Shown here: one piece after another, positions 1 to 9,200 of the stretch
How positions within the stretch are numbered: the first letter of the stretch is position 1
Layout of the letters: each line of letters opens with the position of its first letter
DNA from: a virus
Lineage: Duplodnaviria; Caudoviricetes
DNA: 59,730 nt
Virus record (IMG/VR): IMGVR_UViG_3300024520_000076
Location: 1-59,730 of that record
Direction: 5' to 3' (one strand)
Translations under genes and position numbers: made by a program
The notes under the pieces: model-generated
Databases searched by the model: none
Seen by the model: only the letters and a program-made list of their open reading frames with translations
What the model was told of the DNA's origin: nothing

Positions 1-2
1 AT

Positions 3-398
3 TCACTTGGGAACGTATTCTCCATTGAGCTCCCATCGGGGCGCTCACTTAATTACGGAAAAATAAAATCCGCTATCCAGTATGGTAGAAGAAACTACCT
101 AGCGTTAATTGCTAAAGGAATGAAAAAAGTCCCCGTAAAACTTTACGGAGGATTACTTACTGAGAATGCCTCACAAGCTTTGGCTAGAGATATCTTTGCC
201 GATATCTTAATAAGGTTGGAAGCAAAAGGACTCCAAACAATTTTCCATGTCCATGATGAAGTGGTCATAGAAACTTCTGCTAGTGAAGCAGATGATGTAC
301 TAGAAGCAGTAGCAGAAGAAATGAGGATACCACCTAAATGGATTCCTGATATCCCTCTTGATGCCGAAGGAAAAGTAGTAGATCGATACGAGAAATAA
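3..398 (+). CDS. Family A DNA polymerase, C-terminal fragment (5' end outside window)
   Basis: Frame is open from nt 3 (SLGNVFSIELPSGRSLNY...). Contains ENASQALARD and motif C FHVHDEVV. Confidence 0.9.
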   Translation, partial: SLGNVFSIELPSGRSLNYGKIKSAIQYGRRNYLALIAKGMKKVPVKLYGGLLTENASQALARDIFADILIRLEAKGLQTIFHVHDEVVIETSASEADDVLEAVAEEMRIPPKWIPDIPLDAEGKVVDRYEK

Positions 399-421
399 CA
401 AAGAAAACAAAATAAAATAAT

Positions 422-2587
422 ATGAGATACAGATATCTAAAAAACCTATCAGAACATAACACATTCACATGTGACGACTTGAGTGCGCTTACACAGAAAA
501 TACCTGACCTCCCTAATAAGGATGCCAGAAGAGCGTGGAGTTCTAACCCGAGCACAGACCATGTATTCTATTCAATGAATGAAGGGCTCCTCCCATCAGT
601 TAGGTTAAGTGTTAACGGGGAAAATAAAGTATGTGCTGTGTGGGGGATAGTAGCAGAATACGATAAGTACGATGTTCCTTGGGCTATAATAGATGACCTC
701 ATTAAAACACAAAGTAGTATACTGCCAACATGGAGATCGAGAACGGGTTCAGGAGGACTTAGATTAGTATGGGAGTTTGAATCAAAGCTCCTTATGGATC
801 ACGGTATGTTTCGTGCGTTTATGAACGCCATGTCTAAACTACTGAAGTTGGAAAGACTATTCCAAGATTTTGATTCCAGCTCTTTAAAGTTTAGCCAATA
901 CTTCGAACTAGGTGTGGACTGGACAAAAGTAGGGGAGCCTATACCTAATGATACATTCAAAGGAGTGTTCCTCAAAGTAGCTATAGATAACCCCCCACAA
1001 GCGCAAGGGAACATATCGGTTCCTATTTCCATAGTGGCGGAAGAAGTCCATACAAACCCTAAATACAAGGGGAGATGGGGAGAGGATTTTAGCGTCGGTA
1101 CTAGAGGCCCGTTGTTTTGGCTTGATGATGGTATTGAAAGAGACGGTTGTCAGGTAGTTGAAGATGGCATGGTATGCTATAGCGATAGAGCTGGTAAGGG
1201 ATTCTTAACTTGGAAAGAGATCTTTGGTGCTAAGTTTGTTGAGGCGTATGAATCGAAAAAGCTATTGGCTTTAACTGACCAGTACTGGTTTAACGGAACT
1301 AAATACTACAAAGATATTAAAGGAATCCCGTCTCAAGTCCCAGAGAAGCAGGTTCTATTGGAACTTAAAAGAGCTGGGTTCTCTTATAGAGCCAGAAGAG
1401 GACAACCATTATCGGAAATGGAAGCCGCTATTCTGACTATACAAAATGAAAGTAGAATAGATGAGGTAGCTCCTGTAATATTCAGTAAGGATAAAGTAGT
1501 ACTTTGTAACTCACATAGGATACTAAATAGTGCCAACTTACACCCAGTAGAACCAGCCGTTGATGGAGATCCAAAGCTATGGCCCTTTATACATGAGTGG
1601 TTAAGTCAACTATTCAATACTGAGGAAGCATTAAACTATTTCTATTCTTGGATGCAACGCTTCTACATCGCTGTTTATAACAAAGAAGAGGCGCAAGGAC
1701 AGGCTCTATTGCTGGTTGGCCCCACTAACAAAGGTAAATCGCTACTCTCTAATAGAGTTATCGCGGCTTTGGTAGGCGGGTTCGCAGACGCATCGGAGTA
1801 CTTGTCAGGGCAAACGAACTTTAATAAGGACTTAGCCAGAGTTGCCGCGTGGGTTATTGATGATACTACTTCTGCGGCCTCATTCCAAGAGCAAAGAAAA
1901 GCAACAGAGCTTATTAAGAAAAGTGCTGCTAACCCAAGGATAGAATATCATGCAAAGTATGCAGATGCTGTGACACTACCGTGGACAGGGAGGGTTATAC
2001 TATCATTAAACATGGACCCAAATAGCTTGTCTGTTATCCCAACGCTAGACTCTAGTAATAGAGACAAGCTAATGGCCCTTAAAGTAGCTAAAAAAGCGAC
2101 TAGTGAATTCCCACCGAACATAGAAGTAGAGGCAACAATTAAGGAGGAGCTTCCACACCTCGCCAGATGGCTGATGGATATTTTCGTAATGCCGAAAGAA
2201 ATGAAGGGCCAAGCCAGATTTGGAGTTAAATCTTTCATCGACAAGGAAATAGAAGCCGCCGCATATGATAATTCAAGTAGAGCCCTTGTAGCGGAACTAG
2301 TAGAATTCTTTGTAACTAAAGCCAGAGAGTACGGGAAAGAAGGAAAATGGACGGGGACACTTACCACTTTCCTTGCGGAACTACACGACTACAACGGAGG
2401 ACGCGCTATAGGTTTATCAGGTAATACTGAGTTTATGCGAAGGAGTATGCAGATCATGGAGGAGTCTTCTAAAGCAAGTAAGAATGTTAGACCAGTATGG
2501 TCGAAATCTACGGGCGGAGGGAAGATCTTGTATATTGATTTAAACCCAAAATGGGATATAAGTAATGAAGCAGACGACAATGACTAG
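422..2587 (+). CDS. Primase-helicase-like protein with C-terminal P-loop NTPase
   Basis: 721 aa. Walker A GPTNKGKS, Walker B WVIDD. N-terminal prim-pol-like segment (AEYD...SRTGSGGLRLVW). Directly follows the polymerase. Confidence 0.8.
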   Translation: MRYRYLKNLSEHNTFTCDDLSALTQKIPDLPNKDARRAWSSNPSTDHVFYSMNEGLLPSVRLSVNGENKVCAVWGIVAEYDKYDVPWAIIDDLIKTQSSILPTWRSRTGSGGLRLVWEFESKLLMDHGMFRAFMNAMSKLLKLERLFQDFDSSSLKFSQYFELGVDWTKVGEPIPNDTFKGVFLKVAIDNPPQAQGNISVPISIVAEEVHTNPKYKGRWGEDFSVGTRGPLFWLDDGIERDGCQVVEDGMVCYSDRAGKGFLTWKEIFGAKFVEAYESKKLLALTDQYWFNGTKYYKDIKGIPSQVPEKQVLLELKRAGFSYRARRGQPLSEMEAAILTIQNESRIDEVAPVIFSKDKVVLCNSHRILNSANLHPVEPAVDGDPKLWPFIHEWLSQLFNTEEALNYFYSWMQRFYIAVYNKEEAQGQALLLVGPTNKGKSLLSNRVIAALVGGFADASEYLSGQTNFNKDLARVAAWVIDDTTSAASFQEQRKATELIKKSAANPRIEYHAKYADAVTLPWTGRVILSLNMDPNSLSVIPTLDSSNRDKLMALKVAKKATSEFPPNIEVEATIKEELPHLARWLMDIFVMPKEMKGQARFGVKSFIDKEIEAAAYDNSSRALVAELVEFFVTKAREYGKEGKWTGTLTTFLAELHDYNGGRAIGLSGNTEFMRRSMQIMEESSKASKNVRPVWSKSTGGGKILYIDLNPKWDISNEADDND

Positions 2588-2846
2588 AGAAGAGATAGAT
2601 GAATTTTGTGATATAGCTTCACCTAACGATTCTATCATAGTCCCTGACGGTTTAGACGGGGCGTTTATAGGGATAGCGACGGAAGCAGAACCACCTCAAG
2701 CTGTGTACTCAATAGAGAGGTGCGTTCAAATCTTAGCTAAGGATATGAGTCGGGAGGAAGCAGAAGAATATTTCTGGTTTAACGTAGCGGGATCACAGGG
2801 GGAAGGATTCCCCCTGTACATCTCGACACCAGAAGAAATTTATTGA
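2565..2846 (+). CDS. Conserved phage hypothetical protein (DGLDxAFIG type)
   Basis: DGLDGAFIG...AVYS...EEAEEYFWFNVAGS. Paralog at 54096-54368. Confidence 0.7.
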   Translation: MKQTTMTREEIDEFCDIASPNDSIIVPDGLDGAFIGIATEAEPPQAVYSIERCVQILAKDMSREEAEEYFWFNVAGSQGEGFPLYISTPEEIY

Positions 2847-3370
2847 TAATCAATAGGATTATTTAAATCTTCAATAGGTAGGTGGAAACCTGAGCTTTTA
2901 AATACGAAGCCGTCATCATCTGATTCTCCTCTTTGTTTGAACACTGACTTCTGCATGAACTTAGTGGAAGGCATCCAACCTAAAACCCAAACAAACATGA
3001 AGTCTTTCCTAACCCGAGTAAAAAAATAAACATCGTTGTCGGGCACAAATTCTCTTTTCCCATTTATAGAAGCTATATAGTTCTTCTTCGGGATAGACGC
3101 ACATGATTTGGACTTAACTTCTACCCGCCGTTTTTTATGTTCTATGTCGTGAGTGTAAACATTATCTCCTACGTACTTGCTCCTCTTGATGAATTTATGA
3201 ACAGCAATTTCTCCTAAACAACCAGCCATTCTCCCCATGCCTCTGGTAAATGAATTAGGTAGAACACCCATAGCACAAGACCGTTTATGAGCTACAACTA
3301 AATCGTCGCTTATAGGTTTGTAGACTGCGAAGTCATCCGTAAACGTGAACTTATTTTTTGGGTAAGCCAA
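2840..3370 (-). CDS. Putative PD-(D/E)xK-fold nuclease
   Basis: GCLGEIAV...HDI...VEVKSK pattern. Confidence 0.55.
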   Translation of the reverse strand: MAYPKNKFTFTDDFAVYKPISDDLVVAHKRSCAMGVLPNSFTRGMGRMAGCLGEIAVHKFIKRSKYVGDNVYTHDIEHKKRRVEVKSKSCASIPKKNYIASINGKREFVPDNDVYFFTRVRKDFMFVWVLGWMPSTKFMQKSVFKQRGESDDDGFVFKSSGFHLPIEDLNNPIDYQ

Positions 3371-3372
3371 AC

Positions 3373-3681
3373 TTATATATCTTTAAATTTAATACGCTTC
3401 AAGAACTGAGCCCAAGCAGGAAAGAAGATTTCTTCCATGCAACGGACAACCGCTTCTTGCTCGTATGATTCAAGGAAACCAACACCACTTAGGAGTAGAC
3501 TAGCCTCCATCATCTCATGACGGACGGTAGCTAATAGCTCCCTGTCACGGATACCTGCATTAATTTGTATGGTTTTCTTATCGTGGAAATAAAGGCCATA
3601 GGGTGGGTCTTCCCCGCTCAACGGGACCACCTCAAGCTTTACTCTGTGCCCTGCAATGGAAACTGTCTTGGGGAGTTCCAC
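3373..3681 (-). CDS. Small zincin-like (ImmA/IrrE-type) protein with HEMME in place of HExxH
   Basis: YGLY...IQIN...TVRHEMMEA...EQEAVV. GTG start at 3681 preferred over TTG at 3699. Confidence 0.55.
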   Translation of the reverse strand: MELPKTVSIAGHRVKLEVVPLSGEDPPYGLYFHDKKTIQINAGIRDRELLATVRHEMMEASLLLSGVGFLESYEQEAVVRCMEEIFFPAWAQFLKRIKFKDI

Positions 3682-3682
3682 T

Positions 3683-4237
3683 CTACCACCTTTCTGCAAG
3701 CTCTTTGTAAAGGGTTATCCCTCCTGCGATAGCATCAGCTACTCCCTCTTTATGCTTTAAGGCAAGCTCCCAGTCCTCTTCGTTGCTCCCGAAGAATGGT
3801 TCTGCAATACAGGCTGGCATACAAGTAGCTCTGAGGAACATAGCTCCTCTACTTCCCTTCTGTCGGGCTTTAATGCCCCTACTAGCTAATAAAGGAAAAG
3901 AATCTTCAAATGAGTCGCGTAAGGAACGGGCTAGTAACCTGCCTTTTTCTGAGGTATTCCAGTACAGCCACTCGTGTCCTGTGGCTTTAGGCGTGGCGGA
4001 ATTAAAGTGAAGCTCGACTGCTACATCTACGCGATCATCGTGGAGCTTCTTAGCTAACCAGCGCATAGCACTAACATACCCATTGCCTTGGTATGTAGAG
4101 TATACCTTATATGGCTGGCGGAGTTTATCCCCAATCATCTCAGCGAGTTCGGAATTATAATCCCACTCGCTGACTCCTGTTACAGAGGAGGCTCCTGAAT
4201 CATTTGGTCGGCTGTGACCTACGCAGAGTGCTATCAT
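3683..4237 (-). CDS. Endolysin, N-acetylmuramoyl-L-alanine amidase (Amidase_3)
   Basis: Zn ligand and catalytic motifs VGH, SEWDYN, ELHFNS, IAEPFF. Confidence 0.9.
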   Translation of the reverse strand: MIALCVGHSRPNDSGASSVTGVSEWDYNSELAEMIGDKLRQPYKVYSTYQGNGYVSAMRWLAKKLHDDRVDVAVELHFNSATPKATGHEWLYWNTSEKGRLLARSLRDSFEDSFPLLASRGIKARQKGSRGAMFLRATCMPACIAEPFFGSNEEDWELALKHKEGVADAIAGGITLYKELAERW

Positions 4238-4239
4238 TT

Positions 4240-4719
4240 TTAATGGTCTTCTAATAGAGGTGTTTTTTCTGACTTATACCTTTTAGTTTCGGGGTCTTGG
4301 TATATACGATACCCAGCATCAGCTTCTCCCTTCACCAGTTTATCCCACGTATCATGTTTCCTACCTTTAAGGAGAAGCCCTGTATTTGGATCTCTACTAG
4401 GCCAGTGTATTCCCCAATCTTGCTCATCCTCATGCCACTGCCAAGCCTGAAAAGCCCCTTTGTTTCTTTGCGGGGCTACTCCAGTTACATAGCGTTCCCC
4501 ATAACTAGGTATGGGTGGTTTAGGCATTGTTAAGGGGGAGGCGGCTATTAGCTTATCAGCCGTTTCATAGTCATACCCATCACCGTCTGGCTTAAATTTA
4601 GGATAACTCCCCCGCTCTATGCGACGAAGCCGTTGCTCCTCTCCTACATATTCGGGTCTTACGGCTCCTAAGATCCCGTCCTCAACTGAGCTTAAAAATG
4701 TATCTTTTTCGTCTGCCAC
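4240..4719 (-). CDS. Hypothetical protein inside lysis cassette
   Basis: 159-aa ORF tightly coupled to both neighbours. C-terminal HWPSRDPNTGLLLKGRKHDTW. Confidence 0.65.
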   Translation of the reverse strand: MADEKDTFLSSVEDGILGAVRPEYVGEEQRLRRIERGSYPKFKPDGDGYDYETADKLIAASPLTMPKPPIPSYGERYVTGVAPQRNKGAFQAWQWHEDEQDWGIHWPSRDPNTGLLLKGRKHDTWDKLVKGEADAGYRIYQDPETKRYKSEKTPLLEDH

Positions 4720-4952
4720 TATTTATTGTTGTTACCAATAATTATAGCACGTCTGTAAGAAAAATCACTGTGGAACTTCTGCCCACGCCCCATAAGATTG
4801 CCTTCTGTAAAGGGATAATCGTACCCTTTTATGAGGGTAATCGTGGGTGGGTCATATATGGCGCTTTCGTTCAAGGCCGAGTCGCCCACTAAGTCGTTCA
4901 AGGCGCAGCTTGGCAGCAGGGCTACCATCAGCAGCAAGCCTATCCATTTCAT
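4719..4952 (-). CDS. Putative o-spanin (Rz1-like lipoprotein)
   Basis: MKWIGLLLMVALLPSC lipobox. Start is embedded in the upstream gene in another frame. Confidence 0.65.
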   Translation of the reverse strand: MKWIGLLLMVALLPSCALNDLVGDSALNESAIYDPPTITLIKGYDYPFTEGNLMGRGQKFHSDFSYRRAIIIGNNNK

Positions 4953-5046
4953 CTTCAAGGTCATATATGTATCTCCTTTGTTTAAGCTTCGTGTAGTTAA
5001 CGAAGGCTTCGAGGGATAATACTATTATCCTAAAGAAGTACCTCAC
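4852..5046 (-). CDS. Putative i-spanin (Rz-like)
   Basis: Hydrophobic N-terminus then charged helical region. Overlaps the lipoprotein gene and follows the holin. Confidence 0.55.
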   Translation of the reverse strand: MRYFFRIIVLSLEAFVNYTKLKQRRYIYDLEDEMDRLAADGSPAAKLRLERLSGRLGLERKRHI

Positions 5047-5207
5047 TTCTTCTTAGAGCGTACAGACCAGATGAGTCCAATAAGGGTAACTATGGCAGAT
5101 ATGCCTGTAGTAACTTCCTCGCCAGAGGCCAATCCGTTCTGAGTCATAAACCCACCACCGAAGGTGAGGAAGTGACGAACGATTCCTAAAATAGCTTGTT
5201 TGTTCAT
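5043..5207 (-). CDS. Putative holin (54 aa, not in ORF track)
   Basis: MNKQAILGIVRHFLTFGGGFMTQNGLASGEEVTTGISAIVTLIGLIWSVRSKKK: two hydrophobic segments and a basic tail. 4-nt overlaps with both neighbours. Confidence 0.75.
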   Translation of the reverse strand: MNKQAILGIVRHFLTFGGGFMTQNGLASGEEVTTGISAIVTLIGLIWSVRSKKK

Positions 5208-5383
5208 TTCTTTTTATTCTTACGGGTTAAGTTCCAAAGAGTTATAATAGCTACGGTAATACCTAAAAGCCCTCCAAGCAACTGAATCACCCACTGAATA
5301 TACTCTTGGTACGGGGCGATAACAGCGATGAACGAGCCCGTCATTCCTGTGGCTCCTTTTACAATCAGTTCATTATTGCTCAT
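5204..5383 (-). CDS. Small membrane protein, holin/antiholin-like
   Basis: MSNNELIV...WVIQLLGGLLGITVAIITLWNLTRKNKKK. Confidence 0.6.
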   Translation of the reverse strand: MSNNELIVKGATGMTGSFIAVIAPYQEYIQWVIQLLGGLLGITVAIITLWNLTRKNKKK

Positions 5384-5391
5384 AAAGGAGC

Positions 5392-5420
5392 AATATAGCA
5401 CAGGTCCAGTATATGATCTA
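5392..5420 (-). promoter_or_regulatory. Putative promoter for lysis cassette
   Basis: TG-C-TATATT extended -10 lies 8 nt before ATG 5383. Weak -35 TAGATC. Confidence 0.45.
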
Positions 5421-5434
5421 CTCTGGATCAGCTA

Positions 5435-5896
5435 CTATAAAAATACCCTGTTGGGTGCGTTATCGGGTCGGGGGACAGGCACATCTTCCCAAGCCTCATC
5501 GTTAGTTGTGTCGGGGTCATCACCAAGGAACTGCCCATCCTCATCCCTGCGTCTTACACGCTCAGTCTGGTCTGATGCCCACTCTATAAAATCTTCTGCG
5601 GGTTCTGGATCCATGTCTCCTTTGACATCCCTGAAAAGAACCCAATGCTTACCATCTGATACAGTTATGGGGGACTGCCATTCCATTCCTGTCTCATCTA
5701 TAATTGTTTCAGTCTCACCTGTAGGCATGATGTGTTCCCCGATCACTGTGAATACGTGAGTGTCACTCTGGGTCATCGGGATGGTTACTTCGATCCCATT
5801 TCCATCATCTTGGGTCGTGGTGAATCCCATCTGCTCTGCAAATGTCAGGGCTTGCTCTTTTGTCTCAAACTTTAAAAGGTAATCAATCATTTCCAT
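5435..5896 (-). CDS. Acidic fibre-associated/assembly protein
   Basis: 153 aa, DYLLKFETKEQA start and PNRVFL end, downstream of the fibre gene. Confidence 0.55.
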   Translation of the reverse strand: MEMIDYLLKFETKEQALTFAEQMGFTTTQDDGNGIEVTIPMTQSDTHVFTVIGEHIMPTGETETIIDETGMEWQSPITVSDGKHWVLFRDVKGDMDPEPAEDFIEWASDQTERVRRRDEDGQFLGDDPDTTNDEAWEDVPVPRPDNAPNRVFL

Positions 5897-6224
5897 CAGG
5901 GTTTTCAGAGGTTGTTACCCAATCTTCGGGTAATGAATCAACCAACTCATCCTCGTCAGTTAAGAGGTTCTGGTCAGGGATAGTAATAGTTTCCTCTTCC
6001 GTCTCAGGATCTACAGAGATGTTCTTAGCAATCTCGATGTAGGCTCTTGGAACCACTACGGGTGCTTCAGGATCTTCAGGAGGTTCTTCAGTTGCCTCCT
6101 TGCTCCAACCCCACCAGTATCGGGAACCCTTGCCTGTCTTATGGTAGCTAAGTCCTTTAGCAATTCCTGCCTGTTCGCTGCGATCTTCTGCTTCCTGTTC
6201 TGTGTCGAATATTATATATGACAT
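5883..6224 (-). CDS. Acidic fibre-associated protein
   Basis: 113 aa, YIIFDTEQEAEDRS...LVDSLPEDW, directly after the fibre gene. Confidence 0.55.
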   Translation of the reverse strand: MSYIIFDTEQEAEDRSEQAGIAKGLSYHKTGKGSRYWWGWSKEATEEPPEDPEAPVVVPRAYIEIAKNISVDPETEEETITIPDQNLLTDEDELVDSLPEDWVTTSENPDGND

Positions 6225-6235
6225 AAATTTTTTTT

Positions 6236-9200
6236 CTAATAAATTGAGTAGTATGAATTGATTGCGCTGTCTATTGCAGTCCTGTTAGAACTTTGGTCTG
6301 AGTCGTACCAGATCATCTCGCTCATCTTGCCTTCGTAGCTCCAAGGGATGTGTCCACCTACAACTGGCCCTTCCCCGTACCAACCAACTTCAATCGTTGA
6401 CCAATCCTCTGTATCTGCATCTTGGTGATGAACTAGTTTTCGTCCGTTAAGACCTGTATGAACTGCATCTCTTGTGATGTCATAACCGCCAACTAGTGTT
6501 CCGTTAGCATATAACCTTACAGGCTCTCCTCCATAATCGAGGTGAGCGTTAATATTGGAATCACCATCTTCGGTAATCCAACCATGTTTACCCCCATTAT
6601 TGTAGGCGGATGGATAGATGTATTGAGTGCTTGAAGTATCCGCAACAAACCAAGCATCGAGTCTAGCTGCATTTATTCCATTCATTTCAAGGTTGGAATA
6701 GCTAGGACTTGTTTGTGTAAATTCAAAAGCAGGTTTACCACCACTCGTAATTACGTCCCCACCAGAAACTAACTGGGGCTGGTATGACGCAGTATCTTGC
6801 GTTGCATGACAGTTATTGCCCGTTTGGTCGTAGAGAGTTGTGAGGTAGCCATCGGTTCCGTACTCTTTGATGGATACGTTGTCTATAGACCCTACAAAGC
6901 TATTACTTTTAACATAAAAATATCCATTGGGTGATGATGCTGATGGTACAGTAAAAGAATGTGTGCTAGTTCCTAATGCTAATCCTGATGTAATTGTTTG
7001 AAAACTACCATCATAAAATTGTAAATCAACAGTACCACTTGTTATGCTGATTACCTCAATATCAACTTTGTAAGTTTTACCAGCAGTAATACCAGCGTGT
7101 TGGTATACTCTACCAACTCCACTACCATCAGAATTTGCAGTACCGCCACTTATAGTCCAGTCTGCATTTTTAGTCCAAAGAGTGTCCGTATCAAACCCAC
7201 CATTACCCACAAAATTCACACCAAAGTGATTCAACATATTCTGCTCGATGGGGAAACGCTTGGGCGAGGAATCCATGTTCGGGAAGAATACCAACTCTGA
7301 TACTTTTCCTACGAGTACTAGTCCTTGCCAATTGCCACCTATAGATATCTCACCCCATGTTGCCGTTGTTGCGTTGTCAGTTGTAACCAAACTATGGCCT
7401 GTTGAATCCTCATACAGAGCATCTCTGCTAGTCCCACTTACAGCCGTTCCATTTACATAAATGTTAGGCGTTCCGTAAGATGCATGAATAGCTGGGTTGA
7501 CTGTATCACCATCCTCTACGTTATAAGCGGCACGAGAGCCTGTGGAATCAGACAAAAGTACATAATGATCGTCAGTGATGTCCGTCACAAAATATCCATC
7601 AAGTCGCTGTTGCCCCCCTAGAGATTTGTTATCCAAGTGATCCGATGCGTCAAAGTAAAGACTAGCCTTACCACCGCTATCAGTAACGAGTTCACTCCCC
7701 ATCACGATACGAGGCTGGTCTGCCGCAACGCTTTGCACAAAGTCTTCCCCACCATTCTGATCGTACCAGTTAACCACCATACAGTCAGCGGTTTTTGCCG
7801 TGCCTGATGTGGGTTCGTAATATAACTGTGAAAGGTCAGAAACAGCTTTTGAATTGAGTTGGCAACCCCAAACATACATACCCGAACTGCCTGACGCTGT
7901 GGATGTTTCAGTGCCATTGGCATCTGCGGTCTGAATATATAGATAGTCTCCTGCTCCAGTACCACTTGCGGTTATTGTGAAACTACACCGCCACCAGTTA
8001 TTCCCTGCCCATGATATCGAAGTTTGCGTTATGCCACCACCAGCTACAGAACTTACTACGCCATTTTCTAAATCAAACCAAGCTGAACTCCCGACATTAT
8101 TTAATAACCCTTGAAACTTCGCATGAGAATAACCATCTTTTTTAAGGTATGCCGAAAGTGTATATTCTTTTCCTGCCTCTAGAGTTGTGCCTAAATTCTT
8201 AACCAAACCTCGCCCTGACCCTGTCGATGCTGGGTAAACCAGATCGGCTGTTGCACTCACTCCGTCAGGAGCAAAGGTGACATCCGCTGTACGATATGCG
8301 CTCTGTAATCCCCAATAGTTTGTAATGTCTTCTGAGTGAGTTACAAGGTTCTCATTTCCAGCGAACCCACCAAGAGTAGTCGCAGTCGTGCTTGAATCAT
8401 CATCCGCAATCGCTGGAGTCTGGGAATAACTGGAAAGTTCTGGGTCGTATTCGAGGACTTCAATGTCCGAAAGTTTTAAAGTAGTTGCTCCGTTAGATTG
8501 GAAATATAAATCATCGGAATCTGCTACACCCTCAACTATATAAGTTCCATTTGCGCTTTTAAAATTACCAAGGAAGGGATGTCTAACTTTAACTCCTCCG
8601 CTTACATAATCGCTTATTGTAAAAGTAACTTTGTATTTTTTACCTAAAGTTAATCTGTTGCTTTGTTGAACGCCTTGAGTTGAATCTGTTGCGTAATTAG
8701 CAAAATTATTAGCTATAGAAACAAGGATGGCATTTGTACTCGCCCAATTACTATATCCATTAGAAAATGTACCATCTAATGTTACATCAGTTCCCGTAGA
8801 CTCATAGAGCGTATCCTCAACTTGCGCTCCGTAAACATAGACTCCTCCGACTAGTGTCCCGTTGTAAGCACCTGTTGCTCTCGCAGAAAATTGAATGTAG
8901 TTTCCTGTAGCGACCCTTACTGAGCATCTATACCAACCATTTCCCTCGTCAGAAACTTGAGGGTTTGATGCCCCCACTGTTTGTGCCACCGTCCCATCTG
9001 TCAGATCAAAAGTTGCGCTAAGAGCCGTAGGGTTACCCCCCGACAATGTTAAAAAGTCGGTGGTGTTCTTTTTTGCGTAGATCGAAATAGTAATGTTAGA
9101 AAGTGTTCCTCCCAAACTATCGTAAATCGCACTAGTGCCATTAATTTCCGAAGCATTCATTGCACCTGTAGGAGATACAGCCGCATTAGATGTCATGTGA

